Assembly (NCBI RefSeq): GCF_006345805.1
Contig: NW_021834982.1
Coordinates: forward strand, 1-47,240
Direction: 5' to 3'
Source: Octopus sinensis
Lineage: Eukaryota
Length of the DNA stretch: 47,240 bases
The position numbers and the translations under genes were made by a program. Each line of letters opens with the position of its first letter. The stretch's first letter is position 1. Below the pieces are notes generated by a model. It ran no database searches. It saw only the letters and a list, made by a program, of their open reading frames with translations, and was not told the origin of the DNA. Below, in pieces: positions 24,563-34,690 of the stretch.

Positions 24563-24904
24563 CAGTTATTTTCATCATAACCTATTGATGGAGGCTACCA
24601 AGCCCAAAATTCGAAGTTACTATCTACTTTTTTCTTTATAAGAGTAATTAAAAAAAAGAACTGATGTTCTACTAAAAGGTATTTAGCAATTCTGTAATCA
24701 AAGTTTGGCTGTTTATCGTTTATACATAAACACACACACGCACACACACACACACACACACATACACACACACACGCACACACTCGCAGACACATAGACG
24801 TAAAGTACAAAAGTAATTCAAGAGGATCATCGTTTCGTGCAAGCAGTTATCCAAAATACTTGAGTTATTCATGTAGTTTTATACGACCAATATCATTTCC
24901 ATAT

Positions 24905-24987
24905 CTGCCGTCTCTGAAGATCACACGTATTAGATAATCGTCCAGTTATCTAATATCCAGTGTGAAACCGATAGATAAGATCGGCAG
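24905..24987 (+). ncRNA. Type I hammerhead ribozyme candidate with extended stem II
   Basis: CTGCCGTCT-CTGAAGA-TC-ACAC...TATTAGATAA(TCGTCCAG)TTATCTAATA...GTGT-GAAA-CCGATAGA-T-A-AGA(T)CGGCAG. 9-bp stem I with one bulge and a 10-bp inner hairpin. Stem III is a decayed palindrome. Confidence 0.55.
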
Positions 24988-25779
24988 TAATGGATCTATA
25001 ATACTGCATACTTTGGTTTATGCACACGCACACATATTTATTTTCATTTAGTGGTAGCAGAGACTTGTCTCTGTTGGCGATGTTTCGGAAATGGTACATT
25101 AAAACTGAAACTTTGTTTGGCAATTTCCGTAAAAAATTATTTCGTTAATTAATAAGTCGAATCACATATGTTTATGTATTTTTTGTGTATGCATGTATGT
25201 GTTTATGCGTGTATGTATGTATATATATGTGTGTTTATGTAAGTGTTTAGTAAGTATATGTGTGTGTTTATCTGCATGTATGTATATTTGTGTATGTATA
25301 CATACATATACTTACGCTAATATACATACTTACACACATAAACATCAGCGGTTCAACTGAAAAAAAGAAAAGAATTGTGGAAATAAACATTTTTTTACGG
25401 AAATTGCTGAGACAAATAATTTCACTTTCGATATACCATCTCCGAAACATCCGCCAGATGTCTCTACTCCGGGTTTTTTTTTTATCCATCTTCAAACAGA
25501 TTAGAAGCTCGGAGTAATGAATGCCTTACGACTCCAGCTTCTCTGAATACGTCTTGGAAAACCTTCGTTTTCTATTCTTTCGTTTGTAAATTCAAACATA
25601 CATACATGAATGTATATATATGTATATATATATTATATATATATATATATATTATATATATATATATGTATATGATTTAAAAGTATTGATGTAATAAATT
25701 TTATAAAATTGGATATTTGCTGTTTTTTTTCTTTTACTTTTTAATGATTGTTTTATTTCAATAATGAAGATGTCCGTGT

Positions 25780-25975
25780 TTGTCCCCCCCACCACCACCG
25801 CTTGAAAACCGGTGTCGGTGTTTTTACGCCCTCTTCATATAGCGGTTTGGCAAAAGAGACCGATATAATAAGTAACAGGCTTTAAAATATAAAATTGGTA
25901 CTGGAATCGACTTGTTTGATAAATTCTTCAAGGCAGTGCCCCAGGATGGCCGCAGTCGAAAAGATTCAAGAGATG
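25780..25975 (+). mobile_element. SINE family A, 3' part
   Basis: gcttgaaaaccggtgtcggtgtttttacg...ggcagtgccccaggatggccgcagtc. Confidence 0.75.
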
Positions 25976-25999
25976 AAGACTCTATTCCTTAGAGCGTAG

Positions 26000-26580
26000 G
26001 CAAGAAAGATATGCCATAATATACATCTGGAAGTTCCTGGAAGGACTTGTCCCAAACTTTGGCATCGAGAGTTACACAAATGCCAGAAATGGGCGCCACT
26101 GCATAGTGCCAAGGACTCCAAATTTGCCATCAAGATGTAGGACAAGATACTGCAATAGCCTGGGCTTCAGGGTTCCACAGCTCTTCAATATCCTCTCGAA
26201 GGACCTGAGAGACCTGCATGGGGTGGATGTAGGTGTCTTCAAAATAAAGCTGGACCTCTTCCTGTCAGGTGTCCCAGATGAACCAACTTCGCGGCAGGAG
26301 GTGCAGATGAGGGCGGCTGCATCAAATTCTCTCATGCACCAAATGTCAATTGCTAAAAAGCATTCGTGAAGTAAAATCATGTAGCAACACCAAATGGCGG
26401 TGACCCAGCTGATGCTAGTGTGTTTACGTCCTCGTAACTTAACGGTTCGGCAAAAGAGACCGATAGAATAAGTACTTGGCTTACAAAGAATAAATCCTGT
26501 GGTCGATTTGCTCGACTAAAGGCGGTGCTACAGCATGGCCACAGTCAAATGACTGAAAGAAGTAAAAGAGTAAAAGAGTA
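26000..26580 (+). mobile_element. CR1-type LINE 3' end fused to a SINE family A 3' half
   Basis: RTRYCNSLGFRVPQLFNIL.KDLRDLHGVDVGVFKIKLDLFLSGVPDEPT, then caccaaatggcggtg.cccagc CR1 tail at ~26390, then SINE 26410-26580. Confidence 0.88.
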
Positions 26581-26904
26581 TACAAATGTTTATTCTTTTT
26601 GCTTTTTCAACCTTGTCTTTCCTATGTGGTGTGGGAGTTCGAAGTACAGGTGTTGCGAACATCACGGTGGTGCGTAGGTGTTTGGAGTCTTTCATAGCAG
26701 GTGGTTGTGTGTAGGGTCGGGGGGGATGGTGGTAAAGGTGAAGGAAAGAAGATAAACGCGGGAACCGAAACAACAGCCACCATTCACAGCAATCAATGAA
26801 TGGAGAAAGAAATACACCACACCTAATACTACTACCACCACCACCACCACTACTTATACACCCACCATTATCCCAGAGGTAGAACCTGTTGTCCATTGTA
26901 AGTA

Positions 26905-27066
26905 TACAATGTATAGTTAGCAGCAGCAGTATTTGTAGTAGTAGTGGTAGTAGTAGTAGTAGTAGTAGTAGTAATAGTAGTAGTAGTAGTTGTGGTGGTG
27001 GTAGTGGTGGTGGTGGTGGTAGTAGTAGTAGTGGTGGTGGTGGTTGTGGTAGTAGTACTAGTAGTA

Positions 27067-27116
<50 letters not shown>

Positions 27117-27135
27117 GGTGGTAGTAGTAGTAGCG
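26905..27135. repeat. (AGT)n/(GGT)n compound microsatellite
   Basis: Direct reading. Confidence 0.92.
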
Positions 27136-27479
27136 TCAGCAGCAGGAGGAGGATTTTCGTCAGTTTCGTAGGATTATAATAATCCAGTCGATTCTTGATT
27201 GATTTTTGTTGTAGAAGAGAGAGGGAGAGAGAGAGAGAGAGCGAGAGGGGGGTAGAAATAGAGAGAGAGGGAGGGTTCTTGAGGCGTCTGAAGAGGAAGA
27301 CAGTATTTCGAGAAACTTTCTGCCCTGGATTCTGCTAACGGTAACCAAGGTTTCGGGTGATGGCCATGGTTGGATTTGACCTAGAACACAAGGACCCGGA
27401 ACATCGCATTCAACTGGACGTTCGTAGTTTTGTTAATCCACCGCTCCTGGATCGTTACATTTCTTTTTACCAACCCTGG

Positions 27480-27930
27480 CCCATGGCTTAGTGGTTAGGG
27501 TGCTGGCCTGATGATCGTAAGTTTGTGGTTTCGAATCCTCGACCCTGCGATGCGTTGTGTTCTGGAGCCAAACACCTCGTTTCACGTTGCTCCAGTCCCC
27601 TTAGCTGGCAAATATGAACAACCCTGCACCGGGCCGGTGTCCCGTCCGTGGTGGTGGGTGGAGTACGTCACGTGATCTATCAGACTTTCGGACGTTTTGT
27701 ACATCGCTTGTCACAATGTACTTAGCATCGTTTTAGCTCCTGAATGATGTCACCCCACTGGCCAGGCGAGCCGTCCAACATTCCTTCGTTGTAGCTGAGT
27801 GGTCACCCATTTACAGCTGAGTGGACTGGAGCAACGTGAAATGAAGTGTTTTGCTCAAGAACAACGCGCAGTCGGTCTGGGAATTGAAACTACGATCACA
27901 AGAGCGCAAGTGCAACATGCCTAAGCACAA
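27480..27930. mobile_element. Two SINE family C fragments in opposite orientation
   Basis: Plus head tggcttagtggttaggg..ggtttcgaatcc..cacgttgctccagtc (27483-27620). Minus piece cagctgagtggactggagcaacgtgaaatgaagtgttttgctcaag (27810-27930). Confidence 0.7.
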
Positions 27931-28911
27931 GGCCACGCCTCCAGCCGAGGGGGAATCCGGGAAACGTGCCCTTTGAGTGAGAAGGAGCTTTATCCTTTCT
28001 TTTTAAAATAGAAAAGGCAGAAATGACTTTGGTGAGATTTGAACTAATACCACGAAATATTCTGTCCAACACGCTGACGATTCTGCCAAATTCTTTGAAA
28101 CAATCCTTCAGTTTAATATATTTACACGGTGTCTGACGATAGTTGTACTAGCGTAGCTACAGTGTGTGCCGCCCGCGAATTTTTTTTCCCACGAGAGTTC
28201 CGGACCTCAGCAACGAACTCATTTGCATACAGCCAATCAGAGCTCACCGTCACCTTGTTCTATACAAACAACTACGCAGAGGCAGCCATGCGGATAACGA
28301 AGGTTCAGATCCGTTCAGCTCTCAGATTGTGCCTAGACGCAAAGCCCAACATAACAAAACCAGGACGGTGGAGCTCGTTGCTCACACGTAACCATCGTCC
28401 ATCTTTCTTTTCCTCAGGGGACCATCTTTCTTTTCTTGCACGGACATTCAATAGAGCGGACGTTATTTTTCTCCCTCTTCTATCTTTTTTCTTTTCAAAA
28501 AAATATTTTTCACAACATTAGCTATTTTCAACTCGTTCTCGTCTAACGACCCTCCATGTTTGTTTTCGTTCGGTTTCCTTGTATGTCTCCACTGTCCAGT
28601 TTTTGTTCCCAACTATGACCCTTCAGAAATCCAAAATATTATTTTGGAATTTATGGGAGCAACTGTCTTCGCAGACTCATATTGTCGCTGAATGGTCGAA
28701 ATGAGGAGTAGATAGACAGTCGACAACTGATGATGGGTCAGTCTCTATGTTACTTGTCTTGTTTTCCTTTTTTTCCTCTCGTTATTTGCTTATTTAACTC
28801 GTTTGTTTTCGTACTTCATGTTGTTTACACAGCTGGTGACGTCCTGTACCCTATGCATATATACTATTTATATTATTATATATAATAATATAAATAATAT
28901 ATATATATATA

Positions 28912-29110
28912 TATTTGTTGTGCAAGATTTTTTATGTGAAGTCGTGTGTTGAAACAGATATTGTTATATTTCGGAATGGTCATTTTGCCAGTTTAGCCAA
29001 TAAAAACACACGCGCTATATATTTGGTGTTACTTTGCTTCAGTATTATTTATTATTTACATTAATTGTAATCTTATTTCGACCAGAGTTCTTTAGTCACA
29101 CTCCTGTGAC
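28912..29110 (-). repeat. Inverted PLE pseudo-LTR fragment, truncated inside the HHR stem II
   Basis: Reverse complement of ~32407-32607. Ends at gtcacactcctgtgac and joins directly to the PLE ORF. Confidence 0.85.
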
Positions 29111-30660
29111 AGAATTAAGAGGTAGATCACCCACAATTACTTCTATGGCTAGAAAGACCCATATAGTGAGGTGGAGCGGATGGACCAGAGCCATACGGAC
29201 CCCCTCAAATGTCCATCAGGTAAAGAAAATGATCGCACATGCACTAGGAGCTAGTATAAGAGTTACCCTAAAAGGCCACACTTTTAAGTTTAACAATAAA
29301 ATATATGCCCAGGACGAGGGGGCAGCCATCGGCATTAGTATCGCCGGTGATGTGGCCAACCTTTTCATGGTATGGTGGGACAGAAGGCTTAAAGAACGCC
29401 CGACACAGAACTCCATACTCGTGAACATGTACTCTCGCTATGTTGATGATATCAACATAGTAGTAAAGGCACCCCTACAAGAGAGTACTGTTGAAATAGA
29501 AATAGAAACTAATACTATGGAGAGCATCCAGCAAATAGCTAACTCCATCCACCAGAGTATTAAGGTCACAATAGGCTACCCTACTAAACACCCTACCAGT
29601 ACTAGACACAGAACTATGGCTAGAAACTGAGAATAATAAAACCCGAATCCTTCATTCGTACTATGCCAAACCTATGGCCTCCAAATACTTGATCCACCGG
29701 AACTCAGCTATCGCGGACAATGCCAAATTCAATATTTTGATGGCAGACCTCGTCAGAATAATGCAAAATGTGTCCCGCATGTGCGAGCCTACAGAGTTAA
29801 AGAGACACATACAACGTTTCGTTCACCGCATGCAGTTCTCAGGTTACAGCCATAAAGAAAGGATCAGAGTATACAAAGGGGGCCATGTGAAATTTGATAA
29901 TATCTTATGTAATGATAGGAATGGGATTTGCCCTCTCTATAGGAGCAAGTCATGAAACACTATGGAAAGGACAAAGAAGAAAATAGGGAAGGCCAACTCT
30001 TGGTATGATAGCCACAAATACCAGTGTCATGTTCGTCGACACAACCCCTAGAGGTGAACTGGCGAACCGCTTTAGACGGATCCTAGACAAACTTAAGCTA
30101 AGGATTAAGGTTGTTGAAAAGCCAGGCAACCCTATCAAATCCATAATCGGTAGAACCTACCATTTTAGTAGAACCCCCTGTACAGATAGGTACTGTACTG
30201 TGTGTCGATTTAGCCCACAAACAAACTGTAAAGCCAGAAATGTAGTATATAGTATAAGATGTATAGAGGGACGATGCAGTAACAAGACAACGACATACGT
30301 AGGGGAAACGACACGAAGCATAGGAGAGCGGGTAAATGTACATTGGAGAGAACTTATGGAAGGAAAGAGCTCATAACTTCTGTACCAACATGCCGAGCAA
30401 GAACACGGGGGCTCAATCAACAACATAGCAGTTAAAATCTTGTCCACACATAGAACAGACGCAACAATCAGACAAATTACGGAGCTACACACATAATAGA
30501 AGATAAACCTAGCCTGAATAGGAAACTGGAATGGAACACTAGCACCTACCACAACATATGACAGAGGAAGATCCCCATAAACTGGTTACAATATAAACAA
30601 AACTGAAAACATAATAAAATAAAATACACAGATAAATAAACAAATGGAAATAAATAACTA
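29111..30660 (+). mobile_element. Penelope-like retroelement (RT + Cys-rich linker + GIY-YIG), 5'-truncated and frameshifted
   Basis: FKFNNKIYAQDEGAAIG, SRYVDDINI (RT), KPMASKYLIHRNSA, RMQFSGY, CPLYRSK, VMFVDTTPRGELA, PCTDRYCTVC..NCKARNVVYSIRC..YVGETTRSIGERVNVH (GIY-YIG), DKPSLN. Linker resembles Neptune/Naiad-type PLEs; the clade call is an inference. Confidence 0.92.
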
Positions 30661-30698
30661 TATACATTTTTTAATTTCTAAATTTTTTTTATTTTTAA

Positions 30699-30699
<1 letters not shown>

Positions 30700-30771
<72 letters not shown>

Positions 30772-30869
30772 TAGTATTGTTGTTATACATACATACATAA
30801 TACATACAAGCATACGTAATAATATAATAATAATAATTATATTAATAATATAATAATAATAATATAATA

Positions 30870-30907
<38 letters not shown>

Positions 30908-30945
30908 TAATGATAATAATAATAATAATGATAATAATAGTAATA
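30700..30945. repeat. Opposed (ATT)n and (AAT)n tracts
   Basis: (ATT)n at 30700-30770, then (AAT)n at 30820-30945. Confidence 0.9.
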
Positions 30946-31920
30946 AGTGGGTGTATACACATGAACAAAATGAGAATAAACAAAAACGTATATAAAAGTT
31001 GATGAACCACCTATTGATCCCCTCCATTTTCTTATTGCTATATATAATACATTCGGAACGCGGAGTGGATGAAACAAAGGCAACTGAAGAAGGGGAATTT
31101 TCCTTGTGTTATTTGTCCTGTACAATATTTTTTCGTGGTTTAAGAAAATTGTTCATTTCCTTGGTTTTGTGTTTATGTTTTCGTTTCTCATTGTGTTCGA
31201 CGTTTTTGGGGTTTCCTGTACCCATATATGCATGTATATATACATGTAGAGGTAGGTACGTACATATATGTATGTATATATGCATATGTTTTTCTTGTTG
31301 CTTATTTTTTGGTTATAATCACCCCACATAATTTTATGGATAATACCATAAAAAAATTCTGGTGTATCTAAGTTAAATACCATATTCATTTGAATATCGT
31401 TTTTACGTCCTGTTTGTGTCACATTTTTTTCTTTCCTTGTTTTTACCCCTCTGCGAAGTAATTTTATTTAATTCTTTCGCAGGAAGGCCTAGTTGACGAA
31501 TCATGTTCTGTCCTCACCTTCGAAACACGCTGAAGTTGAACTAGGGACAGCTGATGAAGGGGAATGTTCCTTGTGTAGTTAGTCTTGTACTCTGTTTTTT
31601 CGTTGTTAAAAAGGGTCCGTTTCCATGCTTGTTTTTACGTTTTCGTTTCTCGTTGAGTTCTACGTCTAGTTGTGGTGTCCTGTACTCACGTATATATATA
31701 TTTATATATGCATGTATATATACATGTAGATGTAGGTACGTACATATATTTATGTATGTATGCATATATTTTATTTATTACACTATATATATATATATAT
31801 ATTGTTATATTTCGGAATGGTCATTTTGCCAGTTTAGCCAATAAAAACACACGCACTATGTATCTGGTGTTATTTTGCTTCAGTGTTATTTATTTTTTAC
31901 ATTAATCTTAATCTTATTTC

Positions 31921-31966
31921 GGCCAGGAGTTCTTTCGTCACACCTCTGTGACCGCATCAGTGGTCC
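31921..31966 (-). ncRNA. Type I hammerhead motif, A9C variant (left arm)
   Basis: Minus strand: GGACCA-CTGATGC-G-GTCAC(AGAGGT)GTGAC-GAAA-GAAC-T-C-CTGGCC. Confidence 0.5.
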
Positions 31967-32392
31967 TTTGTTTTCTTCTTTCTTATTTGTGTCTCTCCTT
32001 ACTAACTGTCAGTCATTTTGTATTTCTATTGTATGTCTTCATTTGCGCATGCTTATATCTCTATGTGCGTCTATGTTTAGTCAGTGTGTATGTGTGGGGG
32101 ATGCCTGTAATATTTGTATCTTCTGTTTATATACGTTCGTGTAATTTGTTTTTGTTGTTGTTTTTGTTTATTCTTATTTTGTTCATGTGTTTACATCCAC
32201 TTATTATTATTATCATTACGTATATAAATAGAAAATACAAATATTACAGGCATCCCCCCATACACACATACACTAACTAAACATAGACGTACATAGAGAT
32301 ATAAGCATGCGAAAATGAAGAAACATACAATAGAAATACAAAATGGCTGACGGTTAGTAAGGAGAGACACAAATAAGAAAGAAGAAAACAAA

Positions 32393-32437
32393 GGACCACT
32401 GATGCGGTCACAGGAGTGTGACGAAAGAACTCTGGCC
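32393..32437 (+). ncRNA. Type I hammerhead motif, A9C variant (right arm)
   Basis: GGACCA-CTGATGC-G-GTCAC(AGGAGT)GTGAC-GAAA-GAAC-T-C-TGGCC. 5-bp stem II, short dimer-type stem III, CUC triplet. Confidence 0.55.
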
Positions 32438-32999
32438 GAAATAAGATTAAGATTAATGTAAAAAATAAATAACACTGAAGCAAAATAACACCAAATATAT
32501 AGTGCGTGTGTTTTTATTGGCTAAACTGGCAAAATGACCATTCCGAAATATAACAATATCTGTTTCAACACACGACTTCACATAAAAAATCTTGCACAAC
32601 AAATATACCTTCGAAACACGCATTGAGTTGAACCAGGGGCAGCTGATGAAGGGGAATATTTCTTGTATTGTTTGTCTTGTACTCTGGGTTTTCGTTGTTA
32701 AAAAAAGTCCGTTTCCCTGTTTGATTTTATGTTTTCGTTTCTCGTTGTGTTCTACGTTTATTTGTGGTGTCCTGTACTCATATATATATATATATGCTTG
32801 TATATATACATGTAGATGTAAGTATGTACATATATGTATGTATATATGCATATATTTTATTTATTTATTATATTGTTATTATAGACCGAACGCACGCGTC
32901 GTTTCTCTTCTCCAAGTAAGTTTATTATATTATATATATATATATTATAATATATATATATAGAAAATAGTAAAAGTGAAAAAACTACAGAAGGCTTAA

Positions 33000-33425
33000 A
33001 GGTTAAAAAATATATATATTTGCGTCAATATGTCTGAAGAATATTAAAAAAAAATTTTTCCCTTAATGACATAATTTAGAAGAAAGACCGGTTTCGCGTT
33101 TAGCTTTTCAAATTCTTGCGACGTTATGTTTTATGTTGAATAGAGTTATCGTTATGTTTTATGTTCAAAGAGTTCTAAATAAGGGGAGGTAACGAGTGAT
33201 TTCTTTCCGGTGTAAGGGAGATAATCGCTTAAAAATTTTTCCTTTCCCTTGGTGTGAATTTCTCTGTATCAGTATGTTGGCATGGTTAAGTCTGGGCTTG
33301 TACGTTTCAATGAAGAATGTTTCCTTGTTTAGTCTAATTTGTGTTGATGATCCGATAGCACATTGGTAAAATGGAAAGATTAAAAATTGTGGTAGTAGTT
33401 GCTTTGCGCATTTCTCAATGTGCTC
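33000..33425 (-). mobile_element. Second Penelope-like element, 3' end (GIY-YIG C-terminus + 3' UTR/pLTR)
   Basis: SEHIEKCA..FLIFPFYQC..STQIRLNKETFFIETYKPRLN is the typical PLE GIY-YIG end. Confidence 0.75.
33080..33117 (-). ncRNA. Minimal type I hammerhead with U3-A8 compensatory core swap
   Basis: Minus strand: AAGAA-T-TTGAAAA-GC(TAAAC)GC-GAAA-CCGG-T-C-T-TTCTT. Palindromic ACCGGU stem III, GUC triplet. Same strand as, and ~170 nt downstream of, a GIY-YIG C-terminus. Confidence 0.62.
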
Positions 33426-33504
33426 ACTATACATACATACATACATATATACATACATACATACATACATACATGCATACATGTATGCATATATGTATGT
33501 ACGT

Positions 33505-33615
33505 ACGACGGGCTTCTTTCAGTTTCCGTCTACCAAATCCACTCACAAGGTCTTGGTCGGCTGAACCCGGGACCATGTGGTTGGGAAGCAAGCGCCTTAC
33601 TACACAGCCACGCCC
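33505..33615 (-). mobile_element. SINE family A, internally deleted 5' half
   Basis: cgacgggcttctttcagtttccgtctaccaaatccactcacaagg...gggaccatgtggttgggaagcaag..cacacagccac. Confidence 0.8.
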
Positions 33616-33713
33616 TTGTTTAATAGCCTTTCGTCAAAATTTGCCGAATGCACGAAACATTGGTTCAAATACGTAATGCTGCAGGCTTGCTTATGTTCAG
33701 GACACGTGTGTTT

Positions 33714-33714
<1 letters not shown>

Positions 33715-33752
<38 letters not shown>

Positions 33753-34690
33753 TGTGTGTTTGTGTGTTTTGTGTGTGTTTTGTGTGTGTTAGTGTGTGTG
33801 TGTGTGTGAGTGTGTGTGTGTTTGTGTGTGTGTGTTTTGTGTGTGTTTTGTGTGTGTTAGTGTGTGTGTGTGTGTGTCTGTGTGTCTGTGTGTGTGTGTG
33901 TGACTGTGTGTGTGTAGCTATGCCCACCCTGTACGTAGTAATGTTTGCTACCTTCTCGTTTACCACCTTCTGCCACTGGGTACCGCCATTTGGTGAAGTG
34001 AGGCAACCAGCACTACACTACCCGAATCACCTGTCGAGTTTCCTTCCACCCGGGTTGGGCGGGGGTGGGGTGAGTCGTCCTTTGCATATATGATAACCGG
34101 TTGACTTGCGTCTCCAGACGAAGCGGGCAAAAGATCGATCTCTGCACACGTAATCCGATATTCACGTAACCTATGTTACAGACATATATACGTGTGTGCG
34201 CATAGGTGTGTGTGTGTGAGTGTTTGTGTGTGTGTGAGTGTGTGTATGTGTGTGAGTGTGTGTGTGTGTGCGTGTGTGTGAGTGTTTGTGTGTGTGTGTT
34301 TGTGTGTGTGTGTTTTGCGTGTGTGTGTGAGTGAGTATGTGTGTGTGAGTATGTGTGTGTGTGAGTGTGTGTGACTGTGTGTGTGTGGTGAGTGTGTGTG
34401 TGTGAGTGTGCGTGTGCGTGTGTGTGAGTGTGCGTATGCATGTGTGTGCGAGTGTGTGAGTGTGAGTGTGCGATTGCGTGCGTGAGTGTGTGTGTGAGGG
34501 TGTGTGTGTGTGTGAGTGTGTGTGAGTCTGTGCGTGTGTGTGTGTGAGTGTGCGTGTGTGTGAGTGAGTGTGTGTGTATGTGAATGTGTGTGTGAGTGTG
34601 TATATGTGTGAGTGAGTGTGTGTGTGTGTGAGTGTGTGTGTGTGTGAGTATGTGAGTGTGAGTGTGCGTGTGTGTGTGTGTGAGTGTGTA
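33715..34690. repeat. Degenerate (TG)n/(TGAG)n fields flanking a 280-bp non-repetitive island (33915-34190)
   Basis: Direct reading. Confidence 0.9.

Larger units (their letters stand above)
31799..32559. repeat. Long inverted repeat of PLE pseudo-LTR, ~340-bp arms and 83-bp spacer
   Basis: 31799-32135 is the reverse complement of 32219-32559 with scattered mismatches. Confidence 0.93.
31050..32870 (+). repeat. Three direct copies of a ~250-bp T-rich unit (31050-31290, 31510-31790, 32608-32870), probably another PLE terminal repeat
   Basis: Shared ctgatgaaggggaat.ttccttg...gttttcgtttctcgttg.gttc.acg...gtcctgtac..catgtagatgtaggtacgtac. A diverged relative lies at 28710-28860. Confidence 0.75.

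Noticed and set aside
25310-25560. Apparent splice sites on both strands (strong acceptors, gtaagt)
   Set aside because: No recognisable peptide, and the donor arises inside a microsatellite.
29940-29960. In-frame TGA in the PLE ORF as possible selenocysteine (known in some Naiad PLEs)
   Set aside because: It sits at a position expected to be Trp (RSKS*N), in a copy with several frameshifts, so TGG to TGA decay is simpler.
31485-31580. Possible HHR in the ctgatgaagggg repeat family (also 31085, 32643, 28727)
   Set aside because: CTGATGA is followed by a hairpin but then GTGT rather than GAAA. The upstream GAAA cannot be closed into stems I and III in either a type I or a type II topology.
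33915-34190. GC-richer island with a GGGCGGGG box between TG fields
   Set aside because: A stop-free minus-strand frame exists, but splice sites are weak and there is no recognisable domain. It cannot be called without expression data.
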